This document shows positions 41,901 through 56,049 of a DNA stretch of 64,000 nt, one piece after another. The first letter of the stretch is position 1; every line of letters starts with the position of its first letter. A program made the position numbers and the translations under genes. The notes under the pieces are model-generated. The model saw nothing but the letters and a program-made list of their open reading frames with translations, searched no databases and had not been told where the DNA came from. Source of the stretch: Eledone cirrhosa (taxonomy: Eukaryota); contig OZ024758.1 of assembly GCA_964016885.1 (NCBI GenBank), forward strand, positions 17,050,001 to 17,114,000. The letters are read 5' to 3'.

Positions 41901-42050
41901 TATATGAACAACTTTCCGGTTGTGGAACCAACCAACCAACCAACTGGAAATTTATAAATTCTTAAATTTATAAATTTAACTTTTAATAAATTGGAGTGAA
42001 AGCAACTGGTGCGTGTGTTTCTTATTGGCAACATGACCCTCCCAAAGCAT

Positions 42051-42087
<37 letters not shown>

Positions 42088-43439
42088 GACACACAGACAC
42101 ACAGACAGAAATAGAGAGAAACATGAATAAGCAGAGACATATGCAAACATAAAATCTTAGACATATGTATAGAGAAACATTTAATTCAAATGTGAATGCA
42201 TAGGTATAATTCATATTTATATTTATATATACGAGACATGGGCAGCAACTGTAGAGGATATGCGATGGCTGGAGAGAAATGGAGCAAGCATAGACGAGTT
42301 GAGAGAGAAAATGGGTATAAGAGGGATAAGTTGTGGTGTGCAGGAGAGAACACTGCATTGGTATAGCCATGTGATGCGCATGGAGGATGACCGCTGGGTA
42401 AAGAAGTGCCAGGAAATCCCAGTAGAAGGAAGTCGCAGTAGAGGAAGACCACGAAAAACATGGACGGAGATGATGAGGGCAGACCTCAGATCGCTGACGT
42501 TCACGGAGGAGATGACGAAGGACCGTGACAAGTGGAGAGATGCTGGGCTGGATAGGACCCGTCCCACCCTTGCAAGCAGGGAAAAGCGGACGTAAAATGA
42601 TGATGATGATGATGATGATGATATATAAATCAGAATGGATGTAGTAAAAGACTGTTAGACCATTACTCACCAGAGTATTTGATACATGGGGTAGTAGTAC
42701 TCCTGCTTTTTCTACTACTACTATTCCTACTACTACTACAATTGCTGTTATTATTACTATAACTATTACTACAACAGCTACTACTATGACTACTATTACT
42801 ACAAGTACCTCCACCATCACCACTACTACTACGACTGCCATTACTACTACTACTACTACTACTACTACAACTGCTACTACTATGACTACTATTACTACAA
42901 CAAGTACCTCCACCATCACTACTACTACGACTACCATTACTACTACTACTACAACTACTATTACTACTGCTACTACTACTACTACTACTACTACAACTAC
43001 TACTACTATGACTACTATTACAACAAGTACCTCCACCACCACTACTACTACGACTACCATTACTACTACTACTACTACTACAACTACTACTACTACTACT
43101 ACTACTACAACAACTACTACTACTACTACAACTGCTACTACTATGACTACAACAAGTACCACCACCACCACTACTAGTCATGTAATACTACTGACACTAC
43201 TGCCACTACTGCCACTACTAACTATGATGATGATGATGTTTTAATGACATATATTTCCTCATTTCTTTGTTAAATACAAATAAACATCTTTATCATTAAT
43301 TAGCCAATCAGTCTCTCTCCAATTAACATCAATGGCTCTACAACATTCTCTCTCTCTGGCTTTTTTTTTTTTACCTCAGCTAAAGTCTATAATTATCAAT
43401 TGTGGTGATTGTTTTGGTTTCATTCTCCATCTAAAACAT

Positions 43440-43770
43440 CTTATAACCATCATTATATTACACCCCCCCCTCTTCATTGTCATCATCATAACCATCATTA
43501 TATTACCCCCCCCCTCCTCCTCATTATCATCATCATCATTGTCATCATCATAACCATCATTATATTAACCCCCCCCCTCCTCATTATCATCATCATCATT
43601 GTCATCATCATAATCATCATTATATTACCCCCACCCCCCACCCCCTCTTCATTATCGTCATCATCATTGTCATCATCATAGCCATCATTATATTACCCCC
43701 CTCCTCATTATCATCATCATCATCATTGTCATCATCATAACCATCATTATATTACCCCCCCCCCCTCACC
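43440..43770. repeat. Minisatellite of CAT runs and C-tracts
   Basis: Unit CCATCATTATATTACCCCC...CATTGTCATCATCATAA, about 6 copies. Confidence 0.8.
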
Positions 43771-46700
43771 CCCACCACCTGGTGGATTAACAGTATCGGT
43801 AGAGGGTCGGACGCCATGTTTGATGCATAGAGTTACGGCCCTTGCTATTCTGAGTTCAAATCCCGCTGAGGTTAATTTTGCCTTTCATCCTTACGGGGTC
43901 GATAAAATAAAGTACCAGTAATGCACTGGTGATTGCTGGCCTTATGCCAGCTCTGTTGGATGTGCAATGTCAATGTGCATGAACGACCAAGCATAGACGA
44001 TGTGAGAGACAAAATGGGTAAATGAGATATAAGTTGTGGTGTGTGGGAGAGAAGACTGAGATGGTTTGGACATGTGATGAGTTGAGAGAGAAATTGTGTA
44101 TAAAAGGGATTAGTTGTGGTGTATAGGAAAGAAGACTGAGATGGTATGGACATGTGATGAGTTGAGAGAGAAACTGTGTATAAGAGGGATAAGTTGTGGT
44201 GTGCAGGAGAGAAGACTGAGATGGTATGGACATGTGATGAGTTGACAGAGATAAGTTGTGGTGTGCAGGAGAGAAGACTGAGATGGTATGGACATGTGAT
44301 GTGCATGGAAGATAACCGCTGGGTAAAGAAGTGCCAAGAAATCCCAGTAGAAGGAAGACACAGCATAGGAAGACCACAAAAAAATATGGGCGGAGGTGGA
44401 GAGAGCAGACCTCAGAACGCTGAAACTCACTGAGGAGATGATGAAGCACTGTGACAAGTGGAGAGATGCTGCGCTAAATAGGATCCATCCCACCCTTGCA
44501 AGCAGGGAAAAGCAGACATAAGATGATGATGATGATGATGATATATATATCTATGGGGTTTTGGCAAAGTTGTTAGAATGCCAGTTGGATTGCTTTGCAG
44601 TATTAATTTCAGCTCTCAGCTCTGAGTATTGATGAGGAGAGTCTGAGAAACTGGACAGGCTTTTTTGGAGGACTTTCAAGTTGGGAATTAGGGACAGATT
44701 CCAAAATCCTTGGCATAACAGTGCTATAGGATTTGTGGCATGTAGTTATGCCCCTTTATATTCTGATTTCATGTCCTGTCAGGTTAGTTTTGCCTTTCAT
44801 CCTTACGGGAGTTGATAAAATAAAGTACCAGTAATGCACTGGTATTGATTTAATCGACTTTCCCCTCCCCTCAAATTATTGGCCTTGCGCTGAAATCAGA
44901 AACCATTATTATATTTATTATTATTATTATTAAGGTGGTGGATTGGCAGTATCGGTAAGGGGTCGGACGCCATGCTATGCAGCATGGAATTACGGACCTT
45001 TTTGATCTGAGTTCAAATCCTGCCGAGGTTAACTTTGCCTTTCATCGTTACGGGGTCGATAAAATAAAGTACCAGTCACGCACTGGTGTCGATTTAATCG
45101 ACTTTCCCCTCCTCCAAATTACTGGCTTTGTGCCTATACTAGAAATCATTATTATTATTGCAGCAAAAGAGTTACGGCCCTTTATGATCAGAGTTCAAAT
45201 CGCGCCGAGGTTAACTTTGCCTTTCATCCTTACGGGGTCGATAAAATAAAGTACCAGTAACACACTGAGGTCGATTCAATCGACTTTCCCTTTCCCCAAA
45301 ATTGCTGGCCTTGTGCCTAAAGTAGAAACAATTATTATTATTATTAAGATTGGCAGTATCGGTAGAGGGTCAGACGCCATGCTTTGACGCATAGTTACGG
45401 CCCTTGCCATTCTGAGTTCAAATCCCGCCGAGGTTAACTTTGCCTTTCATCCTCACGGGGTCGATAAAATAAAGTACCAGTAATGTACTGGGTAATTGCT
45501 GGCCTTGTGCCAAAAGTAGAAACAATTATTATTATTATTAATATTATTATTATTATCATCATCATCATTGCTATTTTTTTTTTAAATTGTTTTTTCTTCC
45601 CCTGATAAATCTAAAAATTTCTGATTATACGCCACAGAATATTCTGCAATCTGTCCTCTGAAAGATGGTTTATCAAGTAATTTGTCATACGATAACAAGA
45701 TTGAAATTAATTAAAAGTAATATTTTCAATAAACAGGATATGATGGCGTGGTGTTAGGTGTGGGGATTAAAGAAATAAAACTTCCACCTCTTCCCCCCAA
45801 ACCCCAACCTCTAGCTCAACCAACCAACCAACCAGCCAGCCAACCAACCAGCCAAATAATGAATGAATGAAAGAATAAATAAATAAATATATGAAGGCAA
45901 TAAAAATTATATTAGAGTTAAAGTTGATTAATTGGAATTTATATTGTAAATTTTTTTCTTTATAGTTTTTTTTCTTCTCGCATAATTATCCTCGCCACTC
46001 CCTTGTGTTATTTCTGTTTTCTTGTAATCATTCATTCAAATATTTCTTAAGAAAAATATGATTTTTTTCCTTTTAAGCTGGTAACTAGTGTATTTCTGAC
46101 ATCACAACCAACTGAAAATAAATTCTCCATCAATCCTAATACTATCTGTCATTTAAAAACCACACCTGTTTTTAAATGTCTTCGATGATTAAATATCTAA
46201 TTGTATGTGATATTTTATTGTTAATAAGATTACAATTTTTCCAGACTATTAATCTCGTGTTTAGAGGTGAAAATGTTAAAAATACTGTGAGCCCATATCT
46301 TACATTGTCAATTGGTTTCCCAAACTGTTGTGTTATTAAAAAACATATATGTTCAAGACCATTATATAAAGTGCTTTTGGAAATGTAAAGTGTATGATAG
46401 CTGTTGTATGAAATACACTTATTCCTGGACAATCCATTACCTAGATTAACCTTTTAGTATATACATTACTCAATATTTACTATTATATTTTCATGGTAAA
46501 GGCTTTACTACACATAATTATCTCAGATAATATTGAATCTATGAGATGTTGATATCATTTATTTTGAGAACAATACCTTAATGCTAGATGAGCAACTGGT
46601 TACGGTCAGTTTAAATGCTAAAGGGTAAATGCTACCACTTGCTCATTGTGTGTCTTTAGGAGGTACCACTTTATCACAAGAATTTGAGCCAGATCTCTTC

Positions 46701-48569
46701 TTCCTCTCATGACTAAATAATAAAAAAGTTAATCCAAAATAAAACATATCTAAAAAACAGTAAATGGAAATTTAATGGATACCTGAAAAAATAAGTTAAA
46801 TCTATCAAAATATATCTGATAAGTGGTTGTAAAATGTTATAAAATATCCTTTTCACATTTCAGAAATATGTAAATTGTTGTATAGACAAATAAATATATA
46901 AATATGATTTGAACATATTTCTTCATAAACATTCAGTATTTATTTTTGGGGGAAAATGTCTTAAAATGATTCACAGTAACAGATATTTCTTAATCATTTG
47001 CTTGGCATCAGAAAATAGAAAACGTTTTGCTTATTACTGACTAGGTTATGTTTCACACAGAATAAAAATAGTTTTATTTGTATATTGACTGCTATGCTCT
47101 TTGTTAGGCTGTCTATTATTAAAAGTAATTTAAAGTTTGGTTCACTTTGCATCAGTAAAACATCTCCAAAAGTATATTTATTTCTACAATGTAATGAAAA
47201 TGCAGGGAGATATTTTGACAAAATTCAATAGAAAAATTATTTAAAAACAAAATACAAAAAATTAGAAAGAGAAACATAAAAACAGTTAAGACATAAAACT
47301 AAATTGTGATATTAGGCAAACTCTGTTGTAGTAATTAGTTTGCTGATGAGGGCCAAATATCTTATTTGAAAGGTTTACGGCTATTTAATTTTTTGCTATT
47401 TTTCACATTCGCTTTTTTCATATATTTATTGTTGCCTTTAAAGGAATAAACCAATATGATTAATTTAGAAGCAAGTGTGCCAGACATTTCAATTCTCTGT
47501 TCTTTTAATCTTTTTTGAGCTTTATTTAATAAAAGTCTCAAATGACCTTTTTGATATCAGTTTAAGATTGATATGAAAACATCCTCTCAACAAATTCTGT
47601 TATTCTCTTCTTCTCATCTCATCTGCTGCAATGAAAATAATTTCAGTTGTTTAGTGAGAACGATGTTTTCAAGTTTTACAAATAAATATTGCCTAACCTG
47701 TGGATTTCTTCACAAGAATATTAGAGATATTGTAAGTAATAAAATGGAAATAGGAGCCGCCCAAGTACTTTTAAAGTAATTGCTATGATTTAGAAACATC
47801 TTGTGATAAGAATTTAATCAATAATTCTACAAATACTAGAAGTTCATATAACTAGATGGGAATAAACAAAATACATTTGTTTTTCTTACAGTCGATGTTA
47901 GTCTTTTTAATGTTTTGCTTATATCTTTCCCAGAAAAACTAGTATCCACGTTCTAGCAAGATAAACATGGTCACTTACAAAACAATAATTTAAAGATGGT
48001 TAGTTTGAAAACCTCTACTACGAGTTGAATGGTGAGTTGAATACCCTGTCTCATAGCCAATTTCTCTTCGGGTATATTAAAATATTAATAAAACAAATTA
48101 CATTAAAAAAACTTTAACCTAAATTTAACATTGTGTCTCATGTGGTGCACAGAATGATTTAAATGAATTAAACCCTATTGCTATTATATCATCTAACTGA
48201 GGGTCTCCGAGGGCCACATGGGTCACATATGTTTTGTCTGAGGGCCACATATGTGACAACTAATTGTGCACAGTATAACTAATTTTTTTTTAACAGAGTT
48301 TTGTAGCTTGCTTGAAGCATTTTTGAATAGGAAACACAAATTTGAATAATTTCGAAAACCAAAACAATGCGTTAGGAAGAATGTTAAATTGCTAAGATAA
48401 CAAAAGAATCTTACCTTAGCAAATTTAACGATCGCAAATATGAAGATAAAATATGCTTGCACAGTAAAAACCTTTGTGCGGGCTGCAGGTGTGCTTGTAA
48501 AGGGCTGCATGAGGCTTGCAGGCAGCATGTTTGGCATGCCTGGTCTAACCCATGCCAGTGTAGAATAAT

Positions 48570-48753
48570 TGTTTCTACTTTAGGCACAAGGCCAGCAATT
48601 ACCCAGTGCATTACTGGTACTTTATTTTATCGACCCCGTAAGGATGAAAGGCAAAGTCAACCTCGGCGGGATTTGAACTCAGATCGTAAAGGGACGTAAC
48701 TATGCTGGAAAGCATGGCGTCCGACCCTCAAGCGATACTGCCAATCCACCGCC
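48570..48753 (-). mobile_element. Young SINE S1 with TSD
   Basis: GCCAGTGTAGAATAAT at 48554-48569 and 48751-48766. Confidence 0.9.
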
Positions 48754-49938
48754 AGTGTAGAATAATGGACGTTAAAGGGAGTTGACGATGATGAGTAGGA
48801 GGATGTATTTCAATTACGTTCGATGAATTTGAATGAATTTAATTCCATAATTTAACTGTTTTAACTATTAGGCTTATATTTGAAAAATTACTTAAAAAGT
48901 AGCTTTTACATAAAAACAAGAAAGGTTTTTGTTTAAATATGAACACTTTAAAATGAAGTTTCTTTTTAATTATAAAGCCATGGATAATTTAAGGAGGATT
49001 CATATCAAAAGAATTAAAATGATTGCAGAAAATGATATACTATAAAACAATAGATTTCTAATAGTATAGGAGTAAAACTATCTTTTAGGTGAATGGTATG
49101 AACTATTAGATATATATCCAAAGTTCAAAAAATTGTAAAAGTGGGAGGCAAGGTACCATATTTCCGGTGCTGAAGATGCTGAGTCATTGAGGATGCACCC
49201 TAATGTTGACAACTAAAAATTAAAAAAAAAATTATAAACAACCATCGGCCTCCAGGATGCAGGGTAGATTTTTGAGATTTATTTTAGGAAAAAAGTAGCG
49301 TCTTCGATGCTGGGAAATACGGTAGGTATTACTTCCTCTTTCCTAGAAACATAATTAGATAGTGACAAAAATTCACCCAGGTGATAAAAACACTTATTCT
49401 TCAACAGGTGAAGTCACTTCACTTTCCTTCACGCAATGTTAATGGCAACTTTTAAAAAATTACTACGCTTTTATTTTAGCCAAGAGAAAAAGTGGCTTTT
49501 GGCCCAAACCAAAGTGTAGTATTTTGTTCTCTAAATCTATGCATTTTAGAGGGTAATCTTTGAAAAAAACAAAAATGCTTTTGCAGGGGTGGTTGAAACA
49601 TTTCTGTATTGATGGGGACAGGGGGAAAATTTGGTCACTTTAGTTGTAGTGATTAGTTTAGTTGTTTTTGCCTTTCATCCTTACGGGGGTCGATAAAATA
49701 AAGTACCAGTAATACACTGCGATAATTGCGAGCTTTGTGCCAAAAGTAGAAACAATTATTAGGTTAACTTTGCCTTTCATCCTTATGGGGTCGATAAAAG
49801 AAAGTACCAGTAATGCACTGAGGTAATTGCTGGCCTTGTGCCAAAAGTAGAAATAATTATCAAATATCAACAGATATATAAAAAAAAAAAACCTTTGATA
49901 TGCGACAAACATAACATGTACATAAATTGTAGCACATA

Positions 49939-50105
49939 TACAGTGAAATTCCTTTATAATGATATTCACGTGGCATAAACAAATTTGTTGTAATGAAAAA
50001 TTCTTTATAACGAGATTGACTGATACAAATCGGGGATTGAGAACAAATTTGTTATACTGAAAAATTTGTTATAATGGTATCCGTTATAACATAATTTAAC
50101 CTGTA
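49939..50105. mobile_element. Tigger/pogo-like MITE
   Basis: TA-CAGTGAAA..TTATAA...GTTATAAC..CTG-TA termini. Confidence 0.55.
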
Positions 50106-51159
50106 CACATAGATGAGGGTTTTGGTAGTATGGGGAGAAAAATATAATTATTGGGGAGAAGCCATGGTCCTTCTGCCCCTTCCATGGAAAAGGAATAAGC
50201 CTCAAAACTTGTTTTTACCCTGCCTTTTAAAAGTCTCAGAATTATATATTAATAATAATAAGAATCTTTGTTAAGTAATGATCTAAATAGGATCTTTATA
50301 ACGAAAACTTTAAGTAGTTGTATTACTAACTCCCTGCAAAAATTATTGTGTACAGTGCTCAGGTGCACTACAACTCATCACAGGTTCATGTATGGTACAT
50401 AGAATAATGTACAAATGTCAGGAAAGTGAACAGTGTACGAGTCATGTTATACATGTGTGTATGTGTATGGAGGCAGAACACCAGGTGTAGTGTTGGCAAA
50501 TTTCAGGAAGCATGGAGGTTTTGAAGGGTTCAGTATCCCAACAGCCAACAACTGATGCAAGTAGTCTGTTCCATGATTCAGCATGTGTATAGTTGTTATA
50601 AACCATAAAAGAGTCATAATAAATTATATCTAAAATGTATCTATGCTAAAGAAAAAAGAAATTCTTGTATTGTCTAGTATATATTGTTACAGACAATTAA
50701 GTTCCTTTCATCAAAGACTTTTGGTTAAGACAGACATTACAAATGGAATATTTACGAAATTTATCTGGCATATATTAGAAACACCTTGTAATGAATGTTT
50801 CGTCTAGTGTTATTTACTATAGAATATACTACAATGTTACTATTTTCCTGTCTGTCTACATAACTAGCTAAATATATAAATAAATAGCAAAACGGTGATG
50901 ATGAAAGAGAAGAATAAAGATTTTGGTGGGATTTCTCAAAGATGTCTTCTACCACATAAAGTATCAATTATTTATCTAAATTACTTGTACCTTCAATAGT
51001 TCTGCTTATCTGTTGATTGGCTAATAATGTCCTGTAATTGAAACATAACTGGAAATGTCTAAATTTGAAACCAGCATTCTCTGTTTCCACTCATCAAAAG
51101 ATGTTGGCAATCAGAGAAAGCTAATGATTGCTTAGAAAACAAACAAAAAAAGTACATTA

Positions 51160-52140
51160 AAAAAGTGGCAGACACCCAAACAAACAAACAAAAATTCAAT
51201 AAAAAACCCTCAGACACCCTCCAAAAAATATATTAAAAGACCCTCAGACACTTAAACAACGAAAAATATAAATTAAAATAAAACCCCAGACATTTAAACA
51301 ATGTAAAAAAAACAGTAAAATAAAACCTCAAACACCTAAACAACAAAAAAAAAAAACATTAAAATAAAACCTCAAACACCTAAACAACAAAAAAAAAACA
51401 TTAAAATAAATCCTGAGACACCCAAATAAAAAAAATTACATTAAAATAAATCTCAGACACCCAAACAACAAAAAATACATTAAAATAAAACCTCAGACAC
51501 CCAAACAACAAAAAATACATTAAAATAAAACCTCAGACACCCAAACAACAAAATAATACATTAAAATAAAACCTCAGACACCCAAACAACAACAAAAATA
51601 CATTAAAATAAAACCTCAGACACCCAAACAACAAAATAATACATTAAAATAAAACCTCAGACACCCAAACAACAACAAAAATACATTAAAATAAAACCTC
51701 AGACACCCAAACAAAAAAACATATATTAAAATAAAACTCCAGACACCCAAACAACAACAAAAATACATTAAAATAAAAGCTCAGACACCCAAACAAAAAA
51801 ACATACATTAAAATAAAACCTCAGACACCCAAACAATGAAAAAAAATACATTAAAATAAAACCTCAGACACCCAAACAATGAAAAAAAATACATTCAAAT
51901 AAAACCTCAGACACCTAAACAACAAAAAAGTACATTAAAATAAAACCTCAGACACCTAAACAACAAAAAAACATACATTAAAATAAAACCTCAGACACCC
52001 AAACGACAAAAAAATACATTCAAATAAAATCTCAGACACCTAAACAAAAAACAAAAAAAAAACAACATAAGAAAACCCCTCAAACACCGAAACAAAAAAA
52101 AAATACATTAAAAAAAACCCTCAGACACCGAAACAAAAAT
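51160..52140. repeat. ~40-bp A-rich minisatellite
   Basis: Unit ATACATTAAAATAAAACCTCAGACACCCAAACAACAAAA, more than 20 copies. Confidence 0.92.
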
Positions 52141-52454
52141 TGACCAGAGCGACAGGAACAAAAACAAGTAGTGAGTTCCTCAATAAATGAGGCTACTGGA
52201 TACCTTTTCTAGTACTCAACATTGTAGTTTCCTCTTACAATATGCAGAGATATGCTGTACTTATTCTAGACCAGATATACACAGCAGATTGTAGGTTTGG
52301 TTCTGTGATTGATAAATACAATTCATGTTCACATGGTTCCAGAATTGATCTCTCATCTCTCTGAATGGCACAGTGGATAAATTACTTCTGCAAGAGTTTT
52401 AGGTCAACCAAAGCCTTGTAAATAAAATGTAGTAGATAGAAATTGTGAGGAATC

Positions 52455-52760
52455 CAGTTGGTTGCATAAAACCAGGGGTAAGATAAAGCCAAAGTCAGTT
52501 TGGTATCATAAAACCAGGGGCAGTTTGGTATCATAAGACCATAGGCAGTTTGGTATTATAAAACCAGAAACAGTTTGGTGTCATAAAACCAGAGACAGAT
52601 TGGTAAGATAAAACCAGAAACAATTTGGTGTCATAAAACCAGAGACAGTTTGGTAAGATAAAACCAGAAACAGTTTGGTGTCATAAAACCAGAGACAGTT
52701 TGGTAAGATAATACCAGAAACAGTTTGGTGTCATAAAACCAGAGGCAGTTTGGTATCAAA
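52455..52760. repeat. 24-bp minisatellite with alternating variants
   Basis: CAGTTTGGTGTCATAAAACCAGAGA alternates with CAGTTTGGTAAGATAAAACCAGAAA. Confidence 0.85.
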
Positions 52761-53988
52761 TGATTTAAATATCTAAATATAAATAGAATGGTAAAGGAAA
52801 ACATAGTGATCTATTATATTCCTAAACTTAACTAATCAATCTTAACAATCTCAGAAGTTATACAAAGATCATGGGCATTGTCCCTCCCTGCTTCCTGACT
52901 AAACCATAAAGAATGATAAGAATAAAATAAATTAGATTGTACACTTCATTTCTTTGAATCATCAGTATTTCTATAATGATTTCATATCTGGCAATATATG
53001 AAAATACTTTCCATACACGTCTGAAACACAAGTTTTGTATTGCTAACTTAACAATATAGTTTTACAAACAATGATGTGTTATGAATGTTAAATAGTTATG
53101 TAATTCATTAGGAGTTTATGATTGATTACTAAAGTTTTCCTGCTCAGCCATTTTGCATTCAAGTAGCAAAACTGAACCATTCAACCATCAGCTCTGTTCT
53201 CTTTAAATAATACTATTTACCTCTTCAAAATGTTTCAGTATTTTATACCTACTTCTAAAAATGACTAATTTGTTCTGATATAAGCTACATAGAAAGGAAT
53301 TTAGTGCAGCACTGCAGAACAAAGCAATCAAAAGCAATATACAGAAAACAGTAGATCGTTTATAATACTTGCAAATAGATAAAAATTAAATATCTAAATT
53401 AAATTAAATAAATATGTAAAACAACAAAGAGAAAGAGAGACAAGGAAAAGTGGAATAGAATTCATCTAATCGTGTTATGCTTTATGAATGAGTAGTTACT
53501 ATGTAGGGTATTGATTTCTTATAAATATATAAAAGAAAACTTCTAATTGAGTAGTGTAGGCTGTTGAATGGACCTCAATACAACACTGGTATAAACAAAC
53601 AATACTATCAAATAAGGCAGCCTAGTCTACACAATGATGCAGCCTCTGATTTATTCAATAAGACAAACTCTTCGATAAAATAAGCAGGGAAAATAGTACC
53701 TATGTTATGTTCCAAATGCTTGCTTAATATTGAAAAGCTTTGTTAAGTTATATTCCAAATGCTTGCTTAATAATAAGAAGCTTTGTTAAGTATAATCCTT
53801 TAATTAATAAAAAAAGAAGGGGAAACAAAAGGAAAGAAAGAATAGGGAAATATAGAAAGAAAAATATAGAAAAAAGAAAGAGAAGGAAAGAAAGAAGAAA
53901 AAGATCCTGAGGGGGAGGGATGGCAAGAGGTTCTAGTCTCGTAGAAGAGAGGGGAGGGATGAAGGTAGAAGGTAATTGGGCTTTGAGC

Positions 53989-54212
53989 CTAGGGCAAGAG
54001 GGGTGAAGTGCTGTGCCCCACTGACAAGACGGCAAAAGGATTCCCCCAGACGATGGACAGTAACACCCGCTGCAACAGCCAGCCAACCTCACGGCGCTCC
54101 CTCCTCAGATGAGCTGCCGACACTCCGATCTTGGGGAGGAGCTCGGCAGTACGGGGTCCAAGTACGCCTGATGTCTTGATGGCAACCAGTGCAAAGAGGA
54201 AGCAACCGGACA
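53989..54212 (-). mobile_element. CRE-clade-like non-LTR C-terminal fragment
   Basis: FALVAIKTSGVLGP...KIG...RE..WLLQRVLLSIVWGN resembles the CRE consensus ET.G..GP...QR.S....GN. Confidence 0.6.
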
Positions 54213-55150
54213 AACCCCAGTATTTGTTTATTTTATTGCACCTGCATAAGGATGAAAGGCAAAGTAAACCTCGGTGGGATTTGAACTCAGACCATAAAGG
54301 GCCGTAACTCTTTTTTGCTGCAAAACATGGCGTCCGACCCTCTACCGATACTGCCAATCCACCGCCCAATGCTTGCTTAATAATGATAATGAAATTATTG
54401 TGTACAATGCTCAGGTGCACTACAACTCATCAAAGGTGCATGTATAGTACATAGAGTAATGTACAAATGTCATGAAAGTAAAAAGAGTATGAATCATGAT
54501 ATATACACAGATGCATGCATGTGTGTGTATGGAGGTGGGATAATAAAAGGCTTTGTTAAGTTATGTTCCAAATGGTTGCTTGATAATAAGAAGCTTTGTT
54601 ATGTTATGTTCGAAATGCTTGCTTATTAATAAGAAATTAGTTAGATGAATAAACCCCTCCAAATTCTTGATTATTCTTTAAATTATCTAAAAATCTTAGG
54701 TAGTGTATTTAATTAGAAACATGTTAACTGAAGGTTTAAATTTCTTTGTTGTCATATTGTTTCAATTTCCATATTCTCTGTTTCTCCTTATTCCATTGTC
54801 AATATAAATGTCTTTAAAAATCACAATAATTTTCTCGTGTTATGGATGAGATACAGGAGTGACATGATTTAGGTAAATTTTAAACTTGATTTTACACATG
54901 AAAGGATCCTTAAAGTTTTCCTCATTCTGCTTCTGGAAATTTTAATTAAAATTCAACAGAGAAAACATCAAAACTCACATATTTCTTCAGTTAAAAAGAG
55001 AGATCACAGTTATTCATATTCTTTCATTCTTTTAGAGATTTCTATTAGGCAGTATCGGTAGAGGGTCGGACGCCATGCATTGCAGCAAAGAGTTACGGCC
55101 CTTTATGGTCTGAGTTCAAATCGCGATATTTGTACATTATTCTATGTACA

Positions 55151-55338
55151 GGGCGGTGGATTGGTAGTATCGGTAGATGGTCGGACGCCATGCTTTGCAG
55201 CAAAGAGTTACGGCCCTTTATAGTCTGAGTTCAAATCCCGCCGAGGTTAACTTTGCCTTTCATCCTCACAGGGTTGATAAAATAAAGTACCAGTAATGTA
55301 CTGGGATAATTGCTGGCCTTGTGCCAAAAGTAGAAATA
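55151..55338 (+). mobile_element. SINE S1 with 14-bp TSD nested in a CR1 3'UTR
   Basis: ATTATTCTATGTAC at 55136-55149 and 55339-55352. Confidence 0.88.
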
Positions 55339-55605
55339 ATTATTCTATGTACTATACATGCACCTTTGATGAGTTGTAGTGCACCTGAGCACAGTACACA
55401 ATCATTTAATTATTATATTATTATTATTAATCATAAAACCACCTATATGTCTGCATCTATATGAACAATCAGCATCTTCAACAATAACATACATGGGAAA
55501 AAAAAAAGAGAAAAACGTATGTTGTGTAGCTTTCAGCTGTATCTCTCTAACAAATTTTACCCATAGGGCATTTCTCAACCTAGGGCTATAATAAGTGATA
55601 CATGT

Positions 55606-56049
55606 TTAACCCTGTAGCATTTAAACCGGTTGTATCTGGCCAGAATTCTCTCAACACTTTCTGTTCAAGCCAGCTATAACCAGCCACTCCTACTGATGTT
55701 AAGGTATTGTTCTCAAAATAAATAATATTAAATATCATATATTAATTATTTGTGAGATAATTATGTGAAATACAGTGTTTACGGTGAAAACACAATAGAC
55801 AATATAGAGTAATGTAACTGCTAAAGGGTTAACCCTTTAGCATTTAAACCGGCTGTATCCGGCCAGAATTCTCTCACCTCTTTCTGTTCAAACCGGCTAT
55901 AACCAGCCACTCATACTGATGTTAAAGTATTGGTTGCAAAAAAATAAATATTAAAATCTCATAGATTTGATATTAAGTAAGATATTATGCGAGATAAAGC
56001 CTTTACTGTGAAAATAAAAAGGTATATAATGTAAATGCTAAAGGTTTAA
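55606..56049. mobile_element. Two head-to-tail piggyBac-like MITEs sharing one TTAA
   Basis: TTAA(55606)-CCCTGTAGCATTTA...CTAAAGGG-TTAA(55829)-CCCTTTAGCATTTA...TAAATGCTAAAGGT-TTAA. Confidence 0.8.

Noticed and set aside
41729-43171. 480-aa ORF and other poly-V/T/S/H or YI-repeat ORFs
   Set aside because: These are translations of microsatellites and antisense repeat fragments.
47335-47385. CTGATGA...GAAA motif
   Set aside because: The stems rely on several G-U pairs and there is no paralogue in the window.
45590-47780. Short ORFs in relatively unique AT-rich sequence (46172-46432, 46994-47221, 47573-47779)
   Set aside because: No recognisable domain and no convincing paired splice sites.
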